35,545 nt of DNA from Patescibacteria group bacterium AH-259-L07 (GCA_027718005.1 JALLOP010000003.1:1-35545); one strand, 5' to 3'; numbered from the stretch's first letter, positions 17,801 through 26,374 are shown. Notes: a model not told the origin generated them from the letters alone. Made by a program: numbers and translations.

Positions 17801-20150
17801 ATGTGCTAATTTTGTCGGACCACCCCCAGAAGTATTAACTGAAGAAGTGTATAAGAGCCGCGATATATCATTTTATGGCATGGATTACTCTGGCTATTCT
17901 TTACACAATATGTATCCAGTCGAAGAGTTAGTCCTTGCCGAAACGCAAGGAATTTATCGATTAACCTATGAAGGTACTGCTTCTGGAGTTGATGGAAAAG
18001 GAAATACGATTGAAAAAGCGTGCCGAATTTATCCAGAAAAGGATTCACCATTTAAGAAGAGCATAGGCCCGGGCGGTAATAATTATTATCCTGATGTTAC
18101 TGTTTGTGAAGATGAGAACGATCCGCAATGCCAATGCTCATATACCAAAGCAGAATATAGCGGCGCTGTTAAATATTATAATTCAGACAGCTCTGTACCG
18201 ATTGGGATTTGTATTGGCGGCAATGATAATGGCAAGGCATGTGTAACCAACAATGATTGCGATAAACAGAATTGTTCATTTAAGACAAAGCAGACACGGG
18301 CTGTTGGCGTAAGCGGATATTGTTTAGAGCCTGATGTGAGTAAAGAGCCAAGTCCTAATAAGCTAGATATTAATGTCTGTATTACCTGGTGGCCAGGACA
18401 GAGTTTAGGTGATCCAAGCGTAAATCAGCAGTTTAGAAGCGCAGGGTATGAGGCATCAGAAAACAGACAGTGGTATTGTCTAAATGAAATATTTGGACCT
18501 ACTGAGATTGTTTTTCAAGATACTAAGGCAGGAGGGTGTAGTAATAATTTTAATACTGAATGCGAGCTTATAACTTATTCGTTAGCAAACCTTTCTCCAC
18601 CCAATCCCGAAGTTCAATCAAAAGAAGTGGAAAAAATTAAAGTTAAACTCATAGTAGATGATGGAGCCGCAGATCAAGGTAAAAATTGTAGTAATGCAGA
18701 CTGGAGAGGTGATGTTGAATTAACGAGTGCTAATAATTGGACGCGCGGAAAACACAATGATGATGGTACGACTTCTGAGAGTAATACGTGGGATACTAGT
18801 TGTGTTGATGTTGGTGAAACAGCCGTAAAAGTAAGAGCCTGTTTTGGCAATACGTGTAATAATGGAGATGAGGATTTTTTAAATAGATTTGAATTTATAT
18901 TGTCTGACAAGTCTGGCGGTAAAGCAACGGTTGGGGTTAAGGATATAAGGATTTATCTTAAAACAGGGTGTGAATATATTGTTAATGTTGCTACGGACGG
19001 GAATATAACTACTGCATGGACTGATCGTTTATGGAGTGAGAGTAAGTATTATAAGGATAATGATGGCGCAGTAGAGTGCCGTCCCTATGGCACAGCTGAC
19101 ATTAGTGGCTCACCAGAAGAATTAGTTTTGGTAGGAGACGGCGAAGCATGTACATTAGGCCAGGCCAATGTTGCTTATAGTGAAGCAGGTCTACAAGATT
19201 TATTTGCTCGAATTGGTCAGAAAAAACAGTTTCTTTATAAGGTTCAAGATCAAACATGTGTAGGAGCACTTCAGGGGATGTGTACACTGGATTCGAGTAT
19301 ACCGTGTCATGAGAATGCCGATTGTGTTGATGAGGGATTCTGTATTGGACCGTTTCCACCTGATTTTGACAGCGCGTGTTCAAATACAGGAGATCGGTGC
19401 AATTCTGATAGTGACTGTTCCCAAAATTACGGGACGTGTAGTGGAGGGAATATAGGACATTGTTCTGTTACTACCGGTATAGAATGTAGGGAGCCTAATC
19501 CTGAAGAACTTACTCCTGATTGTCCACAAGGTGACGCTCTCATGAAGTATGTTGATGTAAATTTAGAGGTTAAAAATTGGGATATTACCAGCACTGCAGT
19601 ATCTCGCGCACCTCAGGTGGCTTCATTAGATTGTAGAACTAAGAGCACTTGTCTTGGTATAAATAAGGTTACGATTGGGAATTCTGACAGCGGAAATATT
19701 GATCGAGAAGAATCATATACTGCTAATTTAAAATTTTATGCATGGGCCAATGAGAACCATATGCCTATCAGAAATATTGCTATTGATTGGTTAGGCAATG
19801 GCGCAGAAGATATTTCTTATAAGGTAATGGCTAAAAATCATAGGCCATTTTGCGACGACAGGCCTACTCCTGGCGGAGATAGTTTTGGCGGCAGTGAGAA
19901 AGCTTGTGTTGAAGAGTATTGGGAATTTACACGTATTTTTAAATGCGTTGGTGATACGAGTGAAGGGTGGGGGGCATTTAAGAATGAAAATAGTATATGT
20001 GCTACGGCTTGCTGTTTTAAACCAACAGTGTATGTCAAAGATAATTGGGATTGGTGTAATGGCGAAGTATATGCTGGAGCGGATAGTAGATGTGTTAGTA
20101 TAAGTGGCGCGGGGACTTCGTACGATGGTGTAGTTATTGTGAGACCATGA
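11826..20150 (+). CDS. Giant exported cysteine-rich protein (putative T4SS-associated adhesin)
   Basis: Signal peptide ending VHA|Q; about 110-115 Cys by manual count; repeated C-x5-GC; two CBM-like domains; ATG 11826 preferred over GTG 11805. Confidence 0.8.
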   Translation: MSYSGFKKSVLVSLITILMLVSLFLPKTVHAQFLISDPAGLLRDIGEFAWKQAKDLAKAAWKHGGALAYKNTVNFYLGEMAKQSAEWVATGGKGKKPLFARDPAFWSKLGDQALGELIDQYSKGFTGRSLCDPFDPTIRFKMLVSMDPKYREIKFDEQLRCPVSKIKQRIKEASKKKLFEFDFDLRDGPVAGYKANMRIIIAGDSVLNKNYTGITNATHVCYSDPSLDLSQFPLGCLGIFGLGTVNKGVEKLIDITYKLEDMGKELERIITILKLFEADQTEIREKLDELNQQHIKAQEDIIAAENAGVPRDHLILFFLNKDKDRIRKQIDKLEKMRIDKAEQIEAVNDLIKLQRDLVDNIWAWELLDKNPDTPDIPGGPHTLSFWSHYTPICSALGDMREYMNNDGCFEISALAVGTNFAPLTIQEAYTNSLAYTKRANSYVRQLVDWANTLGDMIEDTKLSDDKVLETPDLDPLEDINRMYNPEGSDIGVLARIESDLLRKQTTEVEKSKFFQTLQGQMNSLTTQISDLVKTPSIYVSESASQAVEQGTAGPLQYTEVAAVDAIGIFTNTLINKLLKQIFETGFNPQLTPELAERTKPFLDDEGESGSPWSPSRQQSRALFADLATAQLKRGREITIYDEFNVCPKNPAYALPTNCLLEDKDGNTILRAVEEGLTIADVIEKGLGSGALVGRPNNNTGLLSLTNIKKLRRARIFPLGLEIAASKIYNGELGEDPEYTLEDIVNEFNQTNSLGTCTDFNGSFENDVNDDNIPDGWVLGGDVSLETSEVHSGSVALRLSGSGWTSKVRRTIPIKSNTVYTISTYAKAENNKQLFIGLYFYDKDGNQLLASGSADEINISGGFDWRKGCGASSCYATGSISLTNTYEQYAYSFRSLPDAASVELVPEGAALAGAQSGDVLIDDVQLTRGQTASEEYMEPSPFCHLVDSNWIFKNLTYQCETIGYSAIPLPGSTQRQETCVDLRDCINEDENGQCDTWGYCTREKNTWRFSGNSCDEQYATCKTYIRSKDKKQVSYIERTVDFGECTEGSVGCKWYCTDWDEDNGRWQCAEPGKAQCIITSPAPSGGQNCVCDGTNGCSFGFCTVREGEKSCLVDSPGNAIFFNTNVEQCLPEVEGCNEYIRTVDAPPAPDGSIDDEAYNINDIIYLASAPTCQAKYVGCQIYTPSDQGVAIPGIVNVDDRCEAQCVGYETFQQMPTHFDTNTSWVNFIPETAKMCSVPGCEEFTNLDTVTQGGEGLEYYAYLRHCAKLPDEAASCANFYTWIGSETTGYQLKRYQLKADNNNEPERVSAYSEAKNVWDKCEDATDSFFNPHCKEFYNESGISSYRLFRNTISCSEECSPYRRTIDGSSRMAIPNQGEVCSLADVGCYEYKGPTANNIRILFTDDFESGIVTLWQGGEISSESVNPPPSSSMEVSGGEASKKVASLVAQNKSYFLSFWVKGINSISARFSSLSSQPRSGLDASEWEEVQLGPFYFDTAPQTNETLFITAADIFYIDNITLKEISDDVYAIKDSWFTPQICDQDFQDNDILGAKLGCRLYTDKDNDPHYLKSFTRLCKDSDVGCEALIDTQNYSASRTGGTFNDDNTDSKDNVTVPADEVVYRVNDKEYFCQAKDKGCEKMGLPQLRQDNTVERYDTVYIKNDPELYTKEPLLCQIEDLGCEAYEGEGGNRYFKDPEITNKLCEYRENVLIGGEAKVGWFKTDTDQPCYDNPVYYQPDSLTYGIRSAYKVCDAGDNIGNACLSDADCQGETCVKIYDGWVGICPRSQNSCTAFFDPGWAGRKGTNIQQEGAEVRKLETGFREGDFHIAVQAAAPALVSSSSSFTPLPQYYYYLNNERLDRGAEECQAQVSLKRGCILFNDPNISSSSYSSLATYIKSAQSDVPDGPVVPVDCEPTPKPDCTDPLNAEREYCLYCDPYGQERNDTNAIIKVRRDRTCGEWLSCTSFHLETSGGTTRQVCDEVSRCDELVGSGEASRCANFVGPPPEVLTEEVYKSRDISFYGMDYSGYSLHNMYPVEELVLAETQGIYRLTYEGTASGVDGKGNTIEKACRIYPEKDSPFKKSIGPGGNNYYPDVTVCEDENDPQCQCSYTKAEYSGAVKYYNSDSSVPIGICIGGNDNGKACVTNNDCDKQNCSFKTKQTRAVGVSGYCLEPDVSKEPSPNKLDINVCITWWPGQSLGDPSVNQQFRSAGYEASENRQWYCLNEIFGPTEIVFQDTKAGGCSNNFNTECELITYSLANLSPPNPEVQSKEVEKIKVKLIVDDGAADQGKNCSNADWRGDVELTSANNWTRGKHNDDGTTSESNTWDTSCVDVGETAVKVRACFGNTCNNGDEDFLNRFEFILSDKSGGKATVGVKDIRIYLKTGCEYIVNVATDGNITTAWTDRLWSESKYYKDNDGAVECRPYGTADISGSPEELVLVGDGEACTLGQANVAYSEAGLQDLFARIGQKKQFLYKVQDQTCVGALQGMCTLDSSIPCHENADCVDEGFCIGPFPPDFDSACSNTGDRCNSDSDCSQNYGTCSGGNIGHCSVTTGIECREPNPEELTPDCPQGDALMKYVDVNLEVKNWDITSTAVSRAPQVASLDCRTKSTCLGINKVTIGNSDSGNIDREESYTANLKFYAWANENHMPIRNIAIDWLGNGAEDISYKVMAKNHRPFCDDRPTPGGDSFGGSEKACVEEYWEFTRIFKCVGDTSEGWGAFKNENSICATACCFKPTVYVKDNWDWCNGEVYAGADSRCVSISGAGTSYDGVVIVRP

Positions 20151-20196
20151 TAAACGTAATGCGTAATGCGTAATTTATTTTGAGTTTTGAAAAATA

Positions 20197-23100
20197 ATGA
20201 GATTTAATTTATTTCAAAAATTTGGATTCCTCCCAAATCGGGGGTCGGACCCCCGATTTTGGGGATTGTGGAATGACACAAAAAAGTGGTTTGTTTTACT
20301 GCTGTTTTTTATTGTTATTGGTGGTGTTTTAATTCCTGAACAAGCACATGCTCAGCTTTTTGGTATATTTAAAGCAGTTAATGAGGGCGTAGCGTCTTTA
20401 TTCGCAAATATATTTCTTTTATTGGCAAATTTGGTTGGTCAGCTTTTATCAGTCGTGATTTATGTATTAGTCCAAGTGGTTCAATATAATGGTTTTATTA
20501 GTTCTCCGGCAGTTTCAAAAGGATGGATTATTATCCGCGACTTGTTTAACATGTTTTTTGTGGTGATTTTGCTGGTTATTGCGTTTTCTGCGGTGTTAAA
20601 AATAGAGAAGTATCCATATAAGCGCATGTTGTCAGCTTTTTTAATTGCGGCCGTATTGGTGAATTTTTCTAAATTAATTTCCGGGGTATTAATTGATTTT
20701 AGTCAAATTTTAATGTTGACGTTTGTGAATGCGTTTAAAGATGTGGCAGGGGGCAATTTTGTTGAAATGTTAGGACTTAAAGAAATAATGAGTTTGAGTG
20801 CGAATGTCGGCGCAGAAGTGATTACTCCATGGAAAACAGCGATTACCATTATGTTAGGTTTTATTATGGCGCTCGTTGCATTGGTGGTAATGATAGTGGT
20901 GACCCTTATATTTGTATTTCGCATTGTAGGACTTTGGTTTTTAGTGGTGTTGTCTCCCTTAGCATTTATGGCGATGGTTCTACCATCAACACAAAGTTAT
21001 GGCAGGCAGTGGTGGCAAAAATTTACCAATTATTTAATTGTTGGGCCGGTATTGGCATTTTTTATTTGGCTTTCATTAGCCGTTGTGCAGGAACCTGGCG
21101 GCAGACAACTTTTACCCGCAACTGAAAGCATCGGTGGTGAGTTTAGCGTAGGCGTGTCCCAAATTGGCCAGCCCCAATATATGCTTAATTTTATCATTGG
21201 TATTGCCATGCTGATCGCATCACTTATGGTGGCAAAACAATTAGGCGTTGCCGGCGCGGGTCTCGCAACCCAGGCAGTTGGCAAGCTTCAAGGAGTTGCT
21301 ACGGGTGCTATTAAACTGCCGTTTAAAGGCATGAAATTCGGCGCAAAAGAGATGGTCAAGACTGCAGAAGCAGGAATAGGGATTCCCTTGACAAAAGAAC
21401 GGTGGCAGCAAGCATGGCAGACACGGCGAACAAAAGTTAAGGAAAAAAGAGAGGAAAAGTGGGCCAGGAGAAGAATGCCAGGACTTCCTGCTGGATATGA
21501 GGAGTGGGGAGATGTAATGTCATTGAAAGGATTAGCTTCATTTCCAAAACATATTATACAGGGTTTTACTGGAAAAGCGCAAAGACTACGTAAGGACGCA
21601 GAAGGAAAAGAGGATGTATATGACAAGATTGGACAGGGAATAAAAGCAAAAAGTTCCCGAGAAGATCGTGATAAGCTAGATAAAGATATTGATGAGACAA
21701 CTCAGGATATAATTACGGCTAAAAGGGATAGCAAAGACTTTGGGGCCAGGGGCACAATGACGTTCTCTCATTTTGATGATTTTTCAAAAACCTTAATACA
21801 AGAGAGAGATCTCCTGCGTGAATCAAAAGAGGCTAAGGATCAAAAGCGAGCAAAGGAATTAGATGATTTAATTAAGAGTCTTAAGATTGGGAGGGGCAGG
21901 GCTAAAAAGGCAGGACAACGAGAAGTTGGAGCAAGTAATTTAATATCTGATAGAGATTTATATAAAAATGAAGCGTCGAAATGGTATACTAAACAAATGC
22001 AGACCAAAGAAAGCCACCTGAATAATTTAACTGAGAAAAAAAAGAATACTGAATTTAGCGAAGGCGATCAAAGCGAGATTAAGAAAAATTTACAAGTTCT
22101 ACAGGCAGAGATACAAGAATTTGATATTGATGATACTGCAAAAACAGGTCTTTTAGATAATGTTAATAGTGCATTAAAAAATGTGAGCGTTCCCTTAGAT
22201 GAGTTGACACCGGAGGCAAGAAAAGAAATGGCAGATGCTATGTGGGATGTACAGCAAAAAATACAACAATTAAGAGATGAGGAGGAAATAGGAATGCCAG
22301 AAGCAGAAACCCCGCTTGAGCAAATACAAGACAGTCATTTCCGATTATCAAAAGACGTAATCGCGGATGAAGATATGAAAAAATTAAAAGAAGATCAGGA
22401 GAAAAGGAGGCAGGAAATTCTTGGTTTACGCGCTCAAGCTGAGATGATTAGCCCGACTACTATGACTCCGGATCAGCGAGAAGCCATAAACCGAGGCACA
22501 TATCGAGAATATGAAAAATTGAAAGGAATAGATAGTGCCCCAGAGTTAATGACATTATACGCTCGTGCAGAAAAAGAAAAAAATGCCAATCTTGCCCGAG
22601 CAGTAATTACAAAATTAAATGATCAATTTGACATTAATGAGCTTTTAGAAGTATATGATTTAGAACAGGGTTGGAAAGGTATGGCTGACTTAGCAGATAG
22701 ATTGAAAGAAAACTTTGATATTCCTGAACAGCAAGCATATTCATTTATGAATGATATCGGGGCGACAAATAAACTAAGAGGCAATTTTAAGTTTGTAATG
22801 CCCTTTAAGAAAGATCAAAAAACTGGCAGATTAGAGAAAGTTACCCAGAAGCAGCACGAAGAGTTTGCATATATTGAATCGGGAAAGATTGCTGCTCAGC
22901 AATTGTGGGGTAGAGGAAGTTGGGGAGGAGTATTTGCCAAGCATAAAGATCCAGTCACCGGTCAGCGCGTGCCCATTTATGATGATCTGGTTGGAAAAAT
23001 GTTTAAAAGAGCAATGGGGACAATCGAGTATGAAGGAGTTCATAGAAATAGATTGCTGCCCGAGATTACCGCGGGTTTATCTCATCCCAATGTTATGGGA

Positions 23101-23244
23101 GGACTGAAAGGGCTGCGCCCAGGGCTTGCTCCGGCTGATAGACAAAGACTTGATAATATTCTCTCATGGCTCGAGGGCCAGCAAGGGAGTTATTGGGGAA
23201 GAGAAGGCGGCGAAAAGATAGAACCGGTAATGAGTAGCGAGTAA
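20197..23244 (+). CDS. VirB6/TrbL-like polytopic membrane protein with a long charged C-terminal tail
   Basis: Multiple TM helices in aa ~30-350, including RIVGLWFLVVLSPLAF…WWQKF; ~600 aa coiled-coil-like tail; context beside PrgI and VirB4. Confidence 0.75.
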   Translation: MRFNLFQKFGFLPNRGSDPRFWGLWNDTKKWFVLLLFFIVIGGVLIPEQAHAQLFGIFKAVNEGVASLFANIFLLLANLVGQLLSVVIYVLVQVVQYNGFISSPAVSKGWIIIRDLFNMFFVVILLVIAFSAVLKIEKYPYKRMLSAFLIAAVLVNFSKLISGVLIDFSQILMLTFVNAFKDVAGGNFVEMLGLKEIMSLSANVGAEVITPWKTAITIMLGFIMALVALVVMIVVTLIFVFRIVGLWFLVVLSPLAFMAMVLPSTQSYGRQWWQKFTNYLIVGPVLAFFIWLSLAVVQEPGGRQLLPATESIGGEFSVGVSQIGQPQYMLNFIIGIAMLIASLMVAKQLGVAGAGLATQAVGKLQGVATGAIKLPFKGMKFGAKEMVKTAEAGIGIPLTKERWQQAWQTRRTKVKEKREEKWARRRMPGLPAGYEEWGDVMSLKGLASFPKHIIQGFTGKAQRLRKDAEGKEDVYDKIGQGIKAKSSREDRDKLDKDIDETTQDIITAKRDSKDFGARGTMTFSHFDDFSKTLIQERDLLRESKEAKDQKRAKELDDLIKSLKIGRGRAKKAGQREVGASNLISDRDLYKNEASKWYTKQMQTKESHLNNLTEKKKNTEFSEGDQSEIKKNLQVLQAEIQEFDIDDTAKTGLLDNVNSALKNVSVPLDELTPEARKEMADAMWDVQQKIQQLRDEEEIGMPEAETPLEQIQDSHFRLSKDVIADEDMKKLKEDQEKRRQEILGLRAQAEMISPTTMTPDQREAINRGTYREYEKLKGIDSAPELMTLYARAEKEKNANLARAVITKLNDQFDINELLEVYDLEQGWKGMADLADRLKENFDIPEQQAYSFMNDIGATNKLRGNFKFVMPFKKDQKTGRLEKVTQKQHEEFAYIESGKIAAQQLWGRGSWGGVFAKHKDPVTGQRVPIYDDLVGKMFKRAMGTIEYEGVHRNRLLPEITAGLSHPNVMGGLKGLRPGLAPADRQRLDNILSWLEGQQGSYWGREGGEKIEPVMSSE

Positions 23245-23276
23245 AAGAAAATAAAAAATAGTGATTTACTAAAATT

Positions 23277-25202
23277 ATGGCAGAGAAACAATCCTCCTCT
23301 GCTAAACCTGTCCGTCCGGCAGGCGGAGCTTCGGAGGACAAAGAAAAAAAAATAGATTTTAAAGATAAAAAAGTAAGAAAGTCGCTCTATAAAGAGATTG
23401 GCCAGGGTTTTTATGATAATCCAACAAAGATTAAACAGTGGAATAAAAAACGAGCAGCCTTGGAGGAGTTTTTAAAAGAAAATAAGACGCTGCCTGAAGA
23501 TAATCCTTCTTTATATAAAGAATGTCAGGATTTATTAACTCGGCTTCAATGGTATTCATTTTTCTTTATTTCTTCAGACGATGCAGTTAATCTTTTTAAG
23601 TCGGGGATTAATATTGCGCTTTCGGAAAAGTCTTTTCCTCTAGAGACATATTTAAGTGTATTTTTGCTCAATATTCCTTCACTTACTTTACGAGATGAGT
23701 ATAAAGGAAAAATTCGCCAAGCAGTAGTAGAAAGTAAAAAAAGAATAACCTCAGGAGATATTAGAACAGTTGCTGATTGGCTTACATTGTATAATAGGGA
23801 ATTAGGAACAGGAGAAGTGGAAAAAGTAAGAGTGGCAGAATTTTTAAATAAAAATGAACATATTATTAAACTGTCTTCATCTGAAAAAACAAAGATCAAG
23901 AGGCTTTTTGAATTGTATGAAGAATTAAAAATTCCTGCTAACACTATTGAGGGACTTGAAGAAGAAGTATATGTGCTTAATGAACAAGGGGAACTAGAAT
24001 TTCATAAAAGAGGAAAGGTGGAAAATATAACAAGAGCAGTTGAGCGGGAAGAAGCAATGGAAGAAGCAAAAAAAAAGCCGTCCCCACCTCCACCAATTAA
24101 TTTAAACACCGCAATAAAGAATGCGATGGAGGGCGCAGGCCTTACATTACCTGACCAAGCATTACAAAAAAGATTTGAAAATATTGCTAAATCATATTTT
24201 GGTAATGTACGTACTGAAATTGAAACGCGCATTGTATTAAAACGGGATACAAAAGTTGGCGGTATGGGGCTTGATGACGAAACAGCAGATAAAGTTATAA
24301 ATATATTTAAAAAAGAAAAGCCGCAGGTCACTGTTGAAGAGCCAGTTAAAACGCCCGGCGTTAAACAGGCTATTTCTAAGCCAACGCCGGGCGTTAGCAA
24401 GAAACCGGATACAGGATTGGCTAAAGAATTAAGGCCGCCGGAGGAATTAATTGCTGCAGAGACAAGAATGCAGGCTGTGTCACGTAAACCAGAAGAAAAA
24501 CCTAAAAAAGCGCTTGAAGAAAAACTTCCGCCCAAGGCGGATCAGCCTCGGGCTGAAAAAGAACCGGAAATTAAACCAGAACCAAAATTAGAAGAAAAGC
24601 AAGCGCCAGTATCTGAACCTCGGCTTGTTCAAGAAAAAAAGGTTGAACCACCAAAAGAAGTAAAAATTGAGGAAAAAGTTGAACCCAAAAGAGCACCTCA
24701 GGCAGCGCCGAAAGCAGGGGCCCCTCCGCCTACTCCAGAGCCGCCCAAGGCAGAACCAGAAAAACCTCCATCTCCTGCGCCTATAAAACCAGTAACACCG
24801 CCAGTACCAGAAATAAGAAAACCAGCTGCCCAACCGCCAGAAGGAAAACCAATAGCCGAAGAAATAAGAGTTAAGCCGCGAGCACAGGGACCTGTTGATG
24901 AATTGCGGTATCTTACTTTAGGTGACTGGCGTAGATGGGGTTCAACTCAGGATGCGGCCCAAAAAATTCAAGATAAAATTAATTTATTAGCTGAAGAATC
25001 ATTAACTAAAAAAGCAGAAGCGGTAAAAGCATGGAAAGAGTCAGAAATTAGTAAATTGTATTTACAGCTTGGCGAGGAATCAATTAATGAGGGAAAATCA
25101 GTTGAAGAGGTTATTAAAGATCGCCAGCAGACTGGAAAACAAACTTTGACCAAAGAGGAGTTTGATGCAGTAGTAGGACTTAATCGAAAGCTACGCTTTT
25201 GA
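23277..25202 (+). CDS. Hypothetical cytoplasmic protein with a Pro/Glu/Lys-rich linker
   Basis: 641 aa ORF in the operon; helical ends separated by a PEK-rich region. Confidence 0.75.
   Translation: MAEKQSSSAKPVRPAGGASEDKEKKIDFKDKKVRKSLYKEIGQGFYDNPTKIKQWNKKRAALEEFLKENKTLPEDNPSLYKECQDLLTRLQWYSFFFISSDDAVNLFKSGINIALSEKSFPLETYLSVFLLNIPSLTLRDEYKGKIRQAVVESKKRITSGDIRTVADWLTLYNRELGTGEVEKVRVAEFLNKNEHIIKLSSSEKTKIKRLFELYEELKIPANTIEGLEEEVYVLNEQGELEFHKRGKVENITRAVEREEAMEEAKKKPSPPPPINLNTAIKNAMEGAGLTLPDQALQKRFENIAKSYFGNVRTEIETRIVLKRDTKVGGMGLDDETADKVINIFKKEKPQVTVEEPVKTPGVKQAISKPTPGVSKKPDTGLAKELRPPEELIAAETRMQAVSRKPEEKPKKALEEKLPPKADQPRAEKEPEIKPEPKLEEKQAPVSEPRLVQEKKVEPPKEVKIEEKVEPKRAPQAAPKAGAPPPTPEPPKAEPEKPPSPAPIKPVTPPVPEIRKPAAQPPEGKPIAEEIRVKPRAQGPVDELRYLTLGDWRRWGSTQDAAQKIQDKINLLAEESLTKKAEAVKAWKESEISKLYLQLGEESINEGKSVEEVIKDRQQTGKQTLTKEEFDAVVGLNRKLRF
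24526..24558. repeat. 33-bp double-hairpin element (inverse of the leuS copy)
   Basis: ttccgcccaaggcggatcagcctcgggctgaaa; encodes PPKADQPRAE. Confidence 0.9.
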
Positions 25203-25277
25203 TTGACAAAAGAACTGAAGAACGAATTGTTCATAGGTTCATAAGTTCTTAAGTTCATAAGTTTAAGCGAAGCGTTT

Positions 25278-25694
25278 ATGCAATTTGTCGTTCCACAATT
25301 TATTGATGTTGAGAGTAAAATTATTGGGCCGGTCACCCCCAAACAGTTTGTTATTCTTATCATTACCGCCCTGTTTTTGTTTGTTTCATATAAACTGGCT
25401 GATTTTACCTTATTTATTATTGAGGCAGTCATTATTTTTGGATTAGGCGTAACACTTGCATTTTTAAAAGTAAATGGTCAGCCGTTTTACTTTTTTCTCC
25501 TCAATATTGGTCATTCATTAAAGAAACCAAGTTTACGCATTTGGAAAAAAGAAATGATTCCTATTGTTGAAGAAAAAGGAAAAAAATTAAAAGAAGAAGA
25601 AAAGGTAGTTACGGCGCGAAAGCCTTTAGCCACATCCAAGCTTTCACAATTAGCGTTACAAGTTGACACGGGAGGAAGATATGAGGAGGAGTAA
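25278..25694 (+). CDS. PrgI-family (VirB3-like) membrane protein
   Basis: MQFVVPQFIDVESKIIGPVTPKQF, two TM helices, NGQPF. Confidence 0.85.
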   Translation: MQFVVPQFIDVESKIIGPVTPKQFVILIITALFLFVSYKLADFTLFIIEAVIIFGLGVTLAFLKVNGQPFYFFLLNIGHSLKKPSLRIWKKEMIPIVEEKGKKLKEEEKVVTARKPLATSKLSQLALQVDTGGRYEEE

Positions 25695-25699
25695 AATTT

Positions 25700-26374
25700 A
25701 TGGCAAAAGCAAAATCGAAAACTAAATTACCATCAACTCAAAAGTATTTAGATATTTCTGAGATTAGAAATGATTGTGTTGTGTTAACAAACGGCAGTTT
25801 GTGTGGTATTGTATTAACATCTTCTATTAACTTTGCCTTAAAATCAGAAGATGAACAAAAAGGTGTAATCTCCGGCTATGTGCAATTTTTAAATAGTTTA
25901 GATTTTCCTATGCAAATCATTATTCATAACAGGCCGTTTAATATTAAGCCATATCTTGCGCAGATAGAACAATTAAAAAAAGCGCAAACGAATGATTTAT
26001 TAAAAGATCAAATGGGTGAGTATAGTGATTTTATAAAGGAATTAGTTGGTATGGGTGAGATTATGAGCAGACGCTTTTATATTGTCGTTCCGTATAATCC
26101 CTTAGGCGATAAAAAGCGCGGATTTTTTTCTCGCTTATCTGATGTGTTTAGCGCGGCAAGGGTAGTTAAAATTAAAACAGAACGATTTGAAAAGTATCGA
26201 GAAGCGCTTTTTAAACGAGTTGATACAGTACGATCCGGTTTAAGTACGATTGGCGTGAGTGCAGCACCGCTCGATACCCAAAGTTTAATTGAATTTTTCT
26301 ACACCATTTATAACCCGGCTGAGTCAGAAATGCAAAAAATGACAGAAATGAAGAACCTCAGGGTTCAACAATGA
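25700..26374 (+). CDS. VirB4/TraC-associated protein (N-terminal-domain-like)
   Basis: STQKYLDISEI…SSINFALKSEDEQ…FLNSLDFPMQI…FYIVVPY; lies between PrgI and VirB4. Confidence 0.7.
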   Translation: MAKAKSKTKLPSTQKYLDISEIRNDCVVLTNGSLCGIVLTSSINFALKSEDEQKGVISGYVQFLNSLDFPMQIIIHNRPFNIKPYLAQIEQLKKAQTNDLLKDQMGEYSDFIKELVGMGEIMSRRFYIVVPYNPLGDKKRGFFSRLSDVFSAARVVKIKTERFEKYREALFKRVDTVRSGLSTIGVSAAPLDTQSLIEFFYTIYNPAESEMQKMTEMKNLRVQQ

